Source: an uncultured Verrucomicrobiae bacterium
GTDB taxonomy: Bacteria > Verrucomicrobiota > Verrucomicrobiia > Limisphaerales > Palsa-1400
Reading direction: 5' to 3'
Assembly (NCBI GenBank): GCA_963702845.1
Contig: OY969763.1
Location: 5,504,001-5,568,000 of the forward strand
Length of the DNA: 64,000 nucleotides
The notes under the pieces are model-generated. The model worked only from the letters and a program-made list of their open reading frames with translations. It did not search any database and was not told where the DNA came from. The position numbers and the translations under genes were made by a program. Below, piece after piece: positions 28,215 to 37,409 of this stretch (the stretch's first letter is position 1; each line of letters opens with the position of its first letter).

Positions 28215-29705
28215 ATGACAGGTAAGAGAATCATTTTGAGGAGCGGCGTCGCGTTCGTTTTCTTTGCTGCATGTCTGAACGTTGCCGCAGACGATTTCAC
28301 AAATGTCGTTTACGCCTTTTTGCAGCGGCGTGTTGAGGTTGAAAAGCGGGACATTAGTATTGTCGTTGGTCTGGTTGATGAGCAGGGGATGAAGGTGGTG
28401 AGTTGCGGAAAACTGGAGAACGGTTCGGACCAGCGCGTTGATGGTGATACAGTATTCGAGATCGGTTCGGTCACAAAGACGTTTACTGCGCTGTTGCTCG
28501 CGGACATGGTGGAACGCGGGGAAATGAAACTGGACGATGCCGTGGCGAAGTATCTGCCGGCTTCAGCGAAGTTGCCGATTCGCAACGGGAAAGAAATCAC
28601 GTTGCTACAATTGGCAACGCACACTTCCAGCCTCCCTGGCACGAGCGTGACGTGGGTGCCGAAACGCGCTGAAAATCCACGCGCCGATTATACGATAGCG
28701 AGGTTGTATGACTTTGCGTCGAACTGCAAATTGACGCGTGATCCCGGAACGAAATACGAGTATTCCACTGCTGGTATAGCGTTGCTGGGTGAGGCAATCG
28801 CACGGACGTCTGGAACAAATTATGAAGCGCTCGTGCAGGATCGCATTTGTGGTCCTTTGGGAATGGAAAGCACGCGTGTATCTCTTCCGCCACAACTTAA
28901 GAACAGACGTGCCGTCGGCCATAATTACTATGGATACGCCGTTCCTGAAACGTATTGGGGCGCGCTGATGGCTGGCGCTGCGCTGCGTTCGACTGCGAAT
29001 GATTTACTGAAGTACATCGCCGCGCAGATTGGAATGACAAAGTCTCGCCTGACGCCGGCGATTGAAAAAACGCATGTTTCCTATTTCAATGCGCATATGG
29101 ACACGGAGACTGGGCTGGAGACAGACATGGGGCTGGCCTGGATGATTGCGCACCAGTCGAACGGGAAAAGAATCGTTCAGCACGGCGGCCTGACGGACGG
29201 TTTCATTGCAGATGTTTGTTTTGATTTGGAACGGCGTCGAGGCGTCGTGGTCTTGTGCAACTCGCAAGATTTCGAGTTGTACAAACTCAGCAAACTTTTG
29301 CTCGCTAGCGACTGGCATTCGGCATCGCCAGCCACATTGGCTCTTTCCACAAAACCCTTCATTCCGTCAAAACCATGCGTCTCGACGCGCTTGGACACAA
29401 AGTCACTCAACGCCGTCACTGGCGACTATGCATTTAAACCTAGTGCAGCATTTCCAGCCGGTGCGAGTTTTAAAATTCGTTGTGAGACAGATACCCTGGT
29501 TGGGGAAGCCACAGGGCAGAACACGCCACAAGGCGCATTCGACGTTTTTGCGGAATCCGAGACAAATTTTTTCCTTAAGATTAACGGTGCTCAATTAACT
29601 TTTACAAAAGACAGCGGCGGAAAAACTTCCGGCGTTATCTACCGTAGTTATCGAGGGAAGTTTCCGGATTGTGAGGGGAGAAGGATTCCCGACCGGCGGA
29701 ATTGA
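28215..29705 (+). CDS. Secreted serine hydrolase (AmpC/beta-lactamase-like) with DUF3471-like C-terminal domain
   Basis: FEIGSVTKTFT (SxxK), LATHTS, PGTKYEYS, HGG; C-terminal AESETNFFLK. Confidence 0.9.
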   Translation: MTGKRIILRSGVAFVFFAACLNVAADDFTNVVYAFLQRRVEVEKRDISIVVGLVDEQGMKVVSCGKLENGSDQRVDGDTVFEIGSVTKTFTALLLADMVERGEMKLDDAVAKYLPASAKLPIRNGKEITLLQLATHTSSLPGTSVTWVPKRAENPRADYTIARLYDFASNCKLTRDPGTKYEYSTAGIALLGEAIARTSGTNYEALVQDRICGPLGMESTRVSLPPQLKNRRAVGHNYYGYAVPETYWGALMAGAALRSTANDLLKYIAAQIGMTKSRLTPAIEKTHVSYFNAHMDTETGLETDMGLAWMIAHQSNGKRIVQHGGLTDGFIADVCFDLERRRGVVVLCNSQDFELYKLSKLLLASDWHSASPATLALSTKPFIPSKPCVSTRLDTKSLNAVTGDYAFKPSAAFPAGASFKIRCETDTLVGEATGQNTPQGAFDVFAESETNFFLKINGAQLTFTKDSGGKTSGVIYRSYRGKFPDCEGRRIPDRRN

Positions 29706-29821
29706 CCCGTCACGTTTGAAGAAGCTTTCCACGCAAAGACGCCAGCATCCGACCTATTTTACTTCAATTAGCTACTTTGCTTAGACAAAATCGGCGGTGA
29801 GGAACGTCTTTCACCGAACAC

Positions 29822-30334
29822 ATGTCACAAGCGCCAACTCTGGAGGAACTTTATGACCAGCACGCGAGCGCTTTGTTTGGATTTCTTCTGAATTTACTGC
29901 GCAACGAAAGTGATGCGCGGGATGTGTTGCAGGAAGTTTTCACCAAGATCGCGCAGCGGCCGCAATTATTGGCGAATGTTAAAGAGGTGCGCGGGTTCCT
30001 CCTGCGACTCAGCCACAACTCCGCGATCGACGTCATCCGCCGCCAAAGCACCCGGACCCGCAACTATGAAGAGTTGGCCCGCGACTCAGTGGAGTTGTTC
30101 GCCGAAACCGCGAATCCCGATGAGCAGGTTTTTCGCGAGAACCTGACGACTGCGATGGAACAATTACCTCCGGACCAACGCGCAGTGGTTCATCTGAAAC
30201 TTTGGGAGCGACTCACGTTCGAGCAAATCGCGGAAACGCTCGATTTATCACCAAACACCGCGGCCAGCCGTTATCGTTACGCTTTAGACAAATTGCGCGA
30301 GCGGCTGCGTCCCATTTATGAAGAGATCAAATGA
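29822..30334 (+). CDS. ECF RNA polymerase sigma factor
   Basis: DARDVLQEVF, LPPDQRAVVHLK..LTFEQIAETL..SPNTAASRYRYAL. Confidence 0.95.
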   Translation: MSQAPTLEELYDQHASALFGFLLNLLRNESDARDVLQEVFTKIAQRPQLLANVKEVRGFLLRLSHNSAIDVIRRQSTRTRNYEELARDSVELFAETANPDEQVFRENLTTAMEQLPPDQRAVVHLKLWERLTFEQIAETLDLSPNTAASRYRYALDKLRERLRPIYEEIK

Positions 30335-30750
30335 ACACTGACGACTTCGAAAAACGATTGCAGGAGCAGCCAATGCGGCAGGTGCCGGGACATTGGCGAG
30401 CGCAGATATTGCAGACGGCAAAACAGGTCGAGAGACGAGGGTCGAGGGTCGAGAGCCAGAATAAGGCGTCTTGGATTTATCAACTTCTTTGGCCTTGTCC
30501 GCAGGCGTGGGGGGCGTTGGCGGCCGTTTGGGTGCTGGTTCTGGTGCTGAACTTTGCGGGTTCGGAAAAAGCTGAGGTGGGTGTCGCCAAAGCGTCCGTG
30601 GAATCGCGCGAGGTGCTCATGGCCGTCAAACAACAGTCGAGATTTCGCGCCGAGTTGATGAGCGCGAGTGATACGCCTGTCGCTGAGCCGCCCAAAATGT
30701 CCGCGCCGCAATCGCGAATCGAGTCGTTCGTTTCAATGACCCGAGTGTAA
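30331..30750 (+). CDS. Probable membrane anti-sigma factor
   Basis: ATGA-coupled to the sigma gene; DDFEKRL...WRAQIL N-terminus; single TM (AWGALAAVWVLVLVL). Confidence 0.7.
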   Translation: MNTDDFEKRLQEQPMRQVPGHWRAQILQTAKQVERRGSRVESQNKASWIYQLLWPCPQAWGALAAVWVLVLVLNFAGSEKAEVGVAKASVESREVLMAVKQQSRFRAELMSASDTPVAEPPKMSAPQSRIESFVSMTRV

Positions 30751-30754
30751 TCAT

Positions 30755-32416
30755 ATGGAACCGAACCCAACCAATTCATCGTCCGAACGCAAACCATTTT
30801 TCCGTCGATTTCTGTCGATTGGAGCGGCGCGGATTTTTTTATTTATCGTGGCGTGCGTTGTCACGCTGGTAGCGCTTTTTCATGCGGAAGAAAATTGGCG
30901 TGGAGCGCGGGACTGGAGGAATTACCGCCAAAAACAGATCGCCGCGGGCAAATCTATCGATCCGCTGGCGCTGGTTCCTCCGCGTGTTCCGGATGATGAG
31001 AATTTTGCGATGACACCGTTCCTTGCGCCGCTGTTAGATTTTCAACCGGGGACGCAGACGCGTCGCGATCTGGCGGCGGCGGACCGCGCTCAAACTTTCG
31101 GCGATGGCGTTCCAGATTTTCCAAAAATGCAGGGCAGCGAGTTCGAAATGGATTTGGTTGCGCTGGCTAATGAATTACGTCATCCGAAGGATGCGTCGCA
31201 ATTGAATCCGGCAAGGTTCAAGACCAATCCATATGCGGCCCCACCATTTTTTGGGATGGCGGTTCAAGGCGGGGATGTGACTGATCGCAAAGAGGCGGCG
31301 AAAGTTGTTCTAAATGGGTTCAATATGTTTTCGCCGGTCATCGAGGAATTGCGAACGGCCAGCCATCGTCCGTATGTGCGATTTAATATTGCCTACGAAA
31401 ACCCCGACAAGATCGCGATCTTGCTGCCGCACCTTGCGGTGCTGCGCCACGTTTGCCGGATTGTTAGCGCGCGCGCGACGGCGGAGTTGGCCCTGGGGCA
31501 AACGGACAAGGCGTTGGACGATGTCATTCTGGCGTTGTATCTGACGGAAGCGCCCAAGGCGGAGGCGATTGTCATTTCGCAACTGGTCCGCTTTGCCGAG
31601 CTCCACGAGGCGATACAGCCGATCAACATTGGTTTGCGGGAGCATCAGTGGTCAGACGCCGACATTCAACATTTGCAGGCGGCGCTTGATAAAATTGATT
31701 TAATTGAAGGCATCAAACTTTCACTCGACGGTGAAACGACGGTTTTCGCAGATTCATCCTTCGATCAATTGAAGGCAGCCAGGAATCCGCTGAAACTGTT
31801 GACGACTTGGGGAATGATGATGAGCGAGGGTAGGGGTATCGTGGACAATCCGTTTACTGATGTGCTTTTTTGGGTCGCGGTGCCGCGCGGGTGGTTTGAT
31901 CTTGAACAGGTGAATTATCATCGGCTGGCGGAACAGCAAATCGGATCTTCCATTGATCTGGAGCGGCGTTGTGTTTATCCCGACAAAGCCGCGCAAGGAG
32001 ATAAAGCCATTCAAGACGTGCATGCGCTCGGACCAATCCACAACGTTCTGCACCATGAGGTATTCGCGTTGGTGGGACTGCCGGCGCTTTCTAAACTGGC
32101 GAAGAAGACAGCGGGTGCCCAGGTGGAAGTAGATCTGACACGCGTGGCGTGTGCGTTGGAGCGTTATCGACTGGCCCACAGTCAATATCCGGAGGATTTA
32201 AATACTTTATCGCCCCAATTCATCGGCACCTTGCCGCACGACCCCATCAAAGGCGGGCCGCTGAACTATCATCGCACTCAGGACGGGTTTGCTCTCTATT
32301 CGGTTGGCTGGAACGAAACGGACGACGGTGGAAAGGCGGTTTCGAGGTCAGGACGCAATCCACGCCCGGATCCAGACCAGGGTGATTGGGTTTGGGGCAA
32401 CTCGGTCAATCCTTAG
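30755..32416 (+). CDS. Membrane-anchored hypothetical protein with GspG/pseudopilin-like C-terminal module
   Basis: N-terminal TM; C-terminal ACALERYRLAH..YP..L..L...LPHDP...YSVGWN.TDDGG. Confidence 0.65.
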   Translation: MEPNPTNSSSERKPFFRRFLSIGAARIFLFIVACVVTLVALFHAEENWRGARDWRNYRQKQIAAGKSIDPLALVPPRVPDDENFAMTPFLAPLLDFQPGTQTRRDLAAADRAQTFGDGVPDFPKMQGSEFEMDLVALANELRHPKDASQLNPARFKTNPYAAPPFFGMAVQGGDVTDRKEAAKVVLNGFNMFSPVIEELRTASHRPYVRFNIAYENPDKIAILLPHLAVLRHVCRIVSARATAELALGQTDKALDDVILALYLTEAPKAEAIVISQLVRFAELHEAIQPINIGLREHQWSDADIQHLQAALDKIDLIEGIKLSLDGETTVFADSSFDQLKAARNPLKLLTTWGMMMSEGRGIVDNPFTDVLFWVAVPRGWFDLEQVNYHRLAEQQIGSSIDLERRCVYPDKAAQGDKAIQDVHALGPIHNVLHHEVFALVGLPALSKLAKKTAGAQVEVDLTRVACALERYRLAHSQYPEDLNTLSPQFIGTLPHDPIKGGPLNYHRTQDGFALYSVGWNETDDGGKAVSRSGRNPRPDPDQGDWVWGNSVNP

Positions 32417-33468
32417 CGCAACCAATCGTCGAGGTGCTCTTTGACGAACAGGTCGTCGTTGAGTTCGGGATAGTCGCGATAGACGCGGTCGATTTCTTCC
32501 TTTTGGCCCGCGCCCAGTCCTTCGGCTGGATTCAAACACCAAATGCCTTCGAGCAGACCCTGGCGCCGCAGGACTTCGTGCAATCCGGGGATGCAGCCAT
32601 GGAAATTATTGGTGGTGTCGAAGAATGCGGAATTGGAATCGGTGACGGCGACGGTCAGTTCCATCAGTTCGCGGGAAATGGAGCCGCCTTTTTTCATCGC
32701 TTGATGACAAAGTGCAAGGTGTTCGACAGCGCGCTTTGTCCAAACAGCCCAGTGACCGAGCAGGCCACCAACGATGCGGCGTTCGACCATTTTGCCGTTC
32801 ACCTTGAAGCGGAACGGCGTGATGAGATCCGGGATGATGGTGTCGTCGTTGCCGGTGTAAAGTGCGATGTCGTCGCGGCCAGCTTCGGCAATCGCGCGGA
32901 TGGCGTCGTTGGTGCGGTAGCGATCGAATGGGGCGACTTTGATGGCAACGACGTTTTCGATTTCAGCAAAGCGACGCCAGAATGAATACTGCAGAACGCG
33001 GCCGCCGATGTTTGGGTTCAGATAAAAACCGATGATGGGGATAGTTTCCGAAACGCGTTTGCAATGGGCGATCAACTCGTCGTCGTTCGCTTCTTTCATC
33101 ATCGCGAGGCTGAGGAGGCCGGCGTGGAACCCGAGGTCGCGCACGAGTTCGGCTTCTTTGACGGCCTGTTCGGTTTTGCCGGTGATTCCCGAAATGCGAA
33201 CGAGCGGCTCACTGCGATTATTGTCGGCGCGGTCCAATTCCTCGCGCGTGATTTGCAAGATGGGCTTGAACAGATTGTATTTCGGATCGCGAATGGCGAA
33301 TTGAGTCATGTGCACGCCGATTGCAATACCTCCGGAACCGGCGGCGAAGTAGTACCGGAACAAAGCGCGCTGGCGACGTTCGTCGAGTTTACGGCTGGCG
33401 TTGAGCGCGAGTGGGGAAGCGGGGATGACGAGACCGCGATCGAGCGCGGCGCGGACTTTGGCGTTCAT
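32413..33468 (-). CDS. DapA/N-acetylneuraminate-lyase family aldolase (not canonical DapA)
   Basis: GGIAIGVHMTQF, IGFYL, VVAIKVAPF (Schiff-base Lys), LYTGNDD. Confidence 0.85.
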   Translation of the reverse strand: MNAKVRAALDRGLVIPASPLALNASRKLDERRQRALFRYYFAAGSGGIAIGVHMTQFAIRDPKYNLFKPILQITREELDRADNNRSEPLVRISGITGKTEQAVKEAELVRDLGFHAGLLSLAMMKEANDDELIAHCKRVSETIPIIGFYLNPNIGGRVLQYSFWRRFAEIENVVAIKVAPFDRYRTNDAIRAIAEAGRDDIALYTGNDDTIIPDLITPFRFKVNGKMVERRIVGGLLGHWAVWTKRAVEHLALCHQAMKKGGSISRELMELTVAVTDSNSAFFDTTNNFHGCIPGLHEVLRRQGLLEGIWCLNPAEGLGAGQKEEIDRVYRDYPELNDDLFVKEHLDDWLR

Positions 33469-33479
33469 AAAATAACTTT

Positions 33480-33556
33480 GTAGGAGCCGACGTGAGGAGG
33501 CTCTGACTTCCGTCACGATTTGCAAAGAAAAATTAGAGCCTCGAGTCGGCTGTTAC
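33480..33556. repeat. REP-like inverted repeat pair
   Basis: GTAGGAGCCGACGTGAGGAGGCTCT ... AGAGCCTCGAGTCGGCTGTTAC; left arm matches the reverse complement of 56249-56273 at 22/25. Confidence 0.75.
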
Positions 33557-33561
33557 GAGAT

Positions 33562-33993
33562 TTACGAGGCGTCGATCTCGTCGATGCGCTTCTGGTGACG
33601 GCCGCCGGCGAATGGGGTGTTTAACCATACCTTCACGATCTCTGCGGCGGTTTCCCAAGGCATCATCCGTTGGCCGATGGAAATCATGTTGGCATCGTTG
33701 TGTTCGCGGCCGAGCTTCGCACTCTCGACATTCCAACACAGCGCGCACCGAATTCCCTTCACGCGATTGGCAACGATGGCTTCACCGTTTCCAGAGCCAC
33801 CCAGGACGATGCCGCGTTCGCATTCACCGCGGGCGACGGCTTCGGCAGTCGGCCGAATAAATAAAGGATAGTCGACAGATTCAGTGCTGTTGGTGCCAAA
33901 ATCGCGCACCTCGTGGCCGAGTTGCTGGAGCAAGGCTTTGATTTTTTCTTTGTATTCAAAGCCGGCGTGATCGGAGCCAATGGCGATTTTCAT
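33562..33993 (-). CDS. rpiB: Ribose-5-phosphate isomerase B
   Basis: IAIGSDHAG, SVDYP, GGSGNGE..ANRVKGIR, REHNDAN, FAGGRH..R. Confidence 0.96.
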   Translation of the reverse strand: MKIAIGSDHAGFEYKEKIKALLQQLGHEVRDFGTNSTESVDYPLFIRPTAEAVARGECERGIVLGGSGNGEAIVANRVKGIRCALCWNVESAKLGREHNDANMISIGQRMMPWETAAEIVKVWLNTPFAGGRHQKRIDEIDAS

Positions 33994-34065
33994 AGCACGT
34001 GTACAGGCACAAGGATGACACCCGGTGTCAGAGTTTTATGGAAAACGGCTTTTTTGCTGCTGCGA

Positions 34066-34302
34066 TTAAGCAGCAACTTTGACCGGCGCAGCTTTGCGGA
34101 TGAGTCTCGCGCCGTTGGTTTTCAGATAAGCCTGCACGGCACTGATTCCACCCAAGCTGATTGGAACCCGTTTCTGGTTTTGAAACAGGCGATAGTGCGT
34201 CAGCGTCTTGCCGACTTCCATGATCTCGATGTGCTTGTCGTCCATCTTCCACAACTGACCTTTTGCCAGTGGCACGACCGAGGGTTTCTTGGACTTCGTC
34301 AT
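34066..34302 (-). CDS. Small basic hypothetical protein (78 aa)
   Basis: ATG start, protein-like composition (LAKGQLWK..HIEI.EVGK.LTHYR). Confidence 0.65.
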   Translation of the reverse strand: MTKSKKPSVVPLAKGQLWKMDDKHIEIMEVGKTLTHYRLFQNQKRVPISLGGISAVQAYLKTNGARLIRKAAPVKVAA

Positions 34303-34575
34303 ATGTATAGTGTTGTTGCAGTTCGCCTCAAAAGAAAAAAATCCTGGCGAGCGTAACTTGCGGAACCGGAGAACCGAGTTTTCTTTCGCTGCGTGTCATT
34401 AGAGCATTTATTTGACGACAAGGGAATGAAAATCTTCACTGCCGAGCAGCGGTATAATAAGAACTAACAGTGCAGGTTAATCGCTCTTGTGCTGCAAGTG
34501 TTTAATATGCAGCGCAATACAGATATCTACACGAAACGTAAGGGTTTTCCCTTAATACGTTTACGTACTAGATAT

Positions 34576-34613
34576 AAAAAACCCCCGCCCTGAAATTACT
34601 TCAGGGCGGGGTT
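34576..34613 (-). terminator. Intrinsic terminator of the 34628-35188 gene
   Basis: CCCCGCCCTGAA/TTCAGGGCGGGG stem with U-tract on the minus strand. Confidence 0.88.
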
Positions 34614-34627
34614 GAAACGCTGATTGC

Positions 34628-35188
34628 TCACTGTTGAGGACTTGTGGAATCGTATGACGGAGCTAGCCAACCATTATTCTTCGAGTTGGCTCCGGACGGT
34701 TCTTGAACGATGTCGGGATTAGAATCACCGGGTATCCATCCATTGGAGATGGTCGCATCGGGACCCAGCGTGCCCTGGGAGATGCCTGATTGCCATAGGC
34801 CGGAGGAAGTAACAACTTGCCAGGATTGCAAAGACTTCGTCTTCGCGTGTTTTGCGGAGCCCGACGGTTCGTGCACCTTCGGACGATTGTCCACGCCACG
34901 TTGCCAATCGGAGCTTGCGTTATCGATCGGCGCCATAGGCTTCTGCATCGGTTGTGCGCCTGCCGGTTCACCCTGAGCGCCATAATAGGTGGCGCTTGTG
35001 CCGGGCGGCACTGTCGCCCAATCGGTTGATTGGCTTTGGTAACTCGTCCCGCTAGGTTCGCTGATGGTCGCTCCGGGTTGAACTTGTGCGGCCGGCATGG
35101 GCTCACGTGACCAACAACCTGACAATGCGAAAAGCGCGGTCGAACCGCACACAATTGTTCCAGCAAATTTCCAATATCGTAGAATCAT
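34628..35188 (-). CDS. Low-complexity lipoprotein with four EP(S/A)G motifs
   Basis: Lipobox LSGC; AGGGAGG SD upstream; EPSGT, EPAGA, EPSGS, EPSGA; followed by a terminator. Confidence 0.75.
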   Translation of the reverse strand: MILRYWKFAGTIVCGSTALFALSGCWSREPMPAAQVQPGATISEPSGTSYQSQSTDWATVPPGTSATYYGAQGEPAGAQPMQKPMAPIDNASSDWQRGVDNRPKVHEPSGSAKHAKTKSLQSWQVVTSSGLWQSGISQGTLGPDATISNGWIPGDSNPDIVQEPSGANSKNNGWLAPSYDSTSPQQ

Positions 35189-35280
35189 TAAAAACCTCCC
35201 TCGTGAAGTTCAAGCCAAACGAGTTTTTTGCAATGAGGCGGAGGGTGGAAAAGCACATCGGAGCGGGACTGAGCGCCCGG

Positions 35281-36480
35281 CTAATCCCAGCGTAAAACGG
35301 GAACGATGGTTCCCTGATTAATCGAACTGTCCGGGGGAACGTCAACTAAACCGTTGGCGCGAGCCGCGGCGCTCAGCACATGCGCGGCCTGGGCTCCCGC
35401 TGAATGAGCTTCGCCATTCTGGTCGATGGTCACTCTCATGAAGTGCCGTCGGTCGCCGCGATTGACGAGGGTTTGACCGAGCCTGGCAAGTTGGGTTGGC
35501 GGGTTGGTTGCCTTCGCGTTTTGCATTCGCAATAAAGCAGGCCAGACCAGGAGACAAAATGTGACGAGCGCAGAGACCGGATTGCCGGGCAAGCCGAAGA
35601 GATATCTTCCACGCAGCGACCCAAAAACAAACGGCTTGCCTGGTCGCACTGAAACTTTCCAAAAATTCACCTCGCCGCCAAGTTGCTCAAAAGCGGCTTT
35701 GACATAATCAAATTCGCCGACGGACACGCCGCCACTGGTGAGCACGACGTCGCATTCTGCAAAGGCCTGGGAGAGTGCGTCGGCCGTGCCTTGGAGATCA
35801 TCGCGGACCAGCGGATAAATATTTGCAATGCCTCCGGCGCGTTGCACGAGCGGCGCGAGCCCTGCCCGATTGCTTTCGTAAATGGCAGCGCCATCCAACG
35901 GTTGGCCTGGTTCGCGCAGTTCGCTGCCGGTGGCGAGTAAGCCAACAATTGGTTTGCGCGCGACGACGACGGAATTGATCCCAAGGGCGGCGAGTAGGCT
36001 GATGCGCGTAGCCGAAAGCCGTTCACCCGGCTGAAACAGCACGGCATCTTTTCTCACGTCCTCACCGCGAAACCGGATGTTTTCCCACGGAGCAACTTTG
36101 TCGAATATCGCGACGGTGCCGTCATCATAGGCCTTCGTGTCCTCCTGCATCACCACGGCGTCGGCACCTTTCGGTAATACTGATCCGGTAAATAAGCGCA
36201 CACATGTGCCGGATTTTATCTCGCCGCTGAAACTTTCACCTGCGGCAACTTTGCCAATGACGCGCAACATGACGGTCGAGGTCGTGCTGGCATTGGCAAC
36301 ATCCGCCGCCTGCACCGCGTAGCCGTCCATCGCCGAATTATCGAAGGGTGGGAGATTCAGCGGCGCGGCGAGCGGTTCGGCCGTCACCCGTTCAAATGAT
36401 TTGTCGAGAGACACGCATTCGGACTTCAGCGGCTGGATTGCCTGGAGAATTTTGTCCCGCGCTTCTTCGAGTGAAATCAT
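35281..36480 (-). CDS. moeA: Molybdopterin molybdotransferase MoeA
   Basis: PPFDNSAMDGYAV, FTGS.LP.GADAVVMQE, TGSEL, SGGVSVG.FD, RPGKP, GLPGNPVS. Confidence 0.96.
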   Translation of the reverse strand: MISLEEARDKILQAIQPLKSECVSLDKSFERVTAEPLAAPLNLPPFDNSAMDGYAVQAADVANASTTSTVMLRVIGKVAAGESFSGEIKSGTCVRLFTGSVLPKGADAVVMQEDTKAYDDGTVAIFDKVAPWENIRFRGEDVRKDAVLFQPGERLSATRISLLAALGINSVVVARKPIVGLLATGSELREPGQPLDGAAIYESNRAGLAPLVQRAGGIANIYPLVRDDLQGTADALSQAFAECDVVLTSGGVSVGEFDYVKAAFEQLGGEVNFWKVSVRPGKPFVFGSLRGRYLFGLPGNPVSALVTFCLLVWPALLRMQNAKATNPPTQLARLGQTLVNRGDRRHFMRVTIDQNGEAHSAGAQAAHVLSAAARANGLVDVPPDSSINQGTIVPVLRWD

Positions 36481-36578
36481 CCATCAATAAAGCACCCGCT
36501 CAGTTGCGCTTTCAAGTCCGTGCTATCGGGCACAAAGCTGCTTTCACTTTGCCGCATTTGTCCTTAGTCTTGCGCGCG

Positions 36579-37409
36579 ATGAATTCTGATAGTCGCTTTC
36601 CGGACCTGCCGCTCTGGCCCTTTGCTGTTCTCGATGTCCTGTTTCTCGGTTTGGCGTTCTTAATGTTCAAGAATACGAGCCGTCCGTTAGGGGCAGTGGA
36701 AGCTGCGGAAATCATCATTTGTGTTGTGGGTGCCGCGATTTGTTTCGCTCTCCCGTTCCTGCGGCGCAATGCGAGCGCAACCGCGCTCGCTCAAGCCGAA
36801 GCGGTAGCTGGCGCGGTGAACGAAATAAAAAAACTCGAGAGCGTTGGCCAACAGATCAACCACGCCACCAGCCAATGGCAAGGCGTCCAGGAACACGCGA
36901 CCAAAACAGTTGATGCGGCGCGCGAAGTGGCCGACAGCATGGCGGCCGAAGCGAAGTCCTTTGTCGAATTTCTCAAGAAAGCGAACGAAACGGAAAAGAC
37001 CCATCTGCGCACCGAAGTGGAGAAACTGCGCCGCGCCGAAGGGCAATGGCTCGAGGTGTTCGTGCGCGTTATGGATAATATTTACGCGCTGAATCAGGCG
37101 GCGATTCAATCTGGCAAAGCGAATTTGATCAACCAAATCGGTCAATTCCATAACAACTGCCGCGAGTCCGCCCGTCGCATTGGGCTGGTGCCGGTCGTCG
37201 CCGAGAGCGGCGCTGCGTTTGACGCGAAAGCGCAGGATTTGTTTGAAGGCGAAAAGGCGGTGGCGAATTCGAAGGTGGGCCAGACCGTCGCTTGCGGTTA
37301 CACCTTCCAAGGGCAAATCGTGCGCAAGCCCGTCGTTATGTTGCACAACGAAAAAGCAGCCGCCCCTAAAGGTGCAGCGCAGGATATTTTGCCGGGAATC
37401 GCGAGTTAA
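36579..37409 (+). CDS. Membrane-anchored GrpE-like protein
   Basis: Two N-terminal TMs, a long coiled coil, and a GrpE-like C-terminus (IGL.P...G..FD...GYTFQGQIVRKPVV). Confidence 0.7.
   Translation: MNSDSRFPDLPLWPFAVLDVLFLGLAFLMFKNTSRPLGAVEAAEIIICVVGAAICFALPFLRRNASATALAQAEAVAGAVNEIKKLESVGQQINHATSQWQGVQEHATKTVDAAREVADSMAAEAKSFVEFLKKANETEKTHLRTEVEKLRRAEGQWLEVFVRVMDNIYALNQAAIQSGKANLINQIGQFHNNCRESARRIGLVPVVAESGAAFDAKAQDLFEGEKAVANSKVGQTVACGYTFQGQIVRKPVVMLHNEKAAAPKGAAQDILPGIAS

Noticed and set aside
28215..29705. Bona fide beta-lactam resistance gene
   Set aside because: YST and HGG rather than YxN and KTG, plus an extra C-terminal domain, fit the broad peptidase/esterase family
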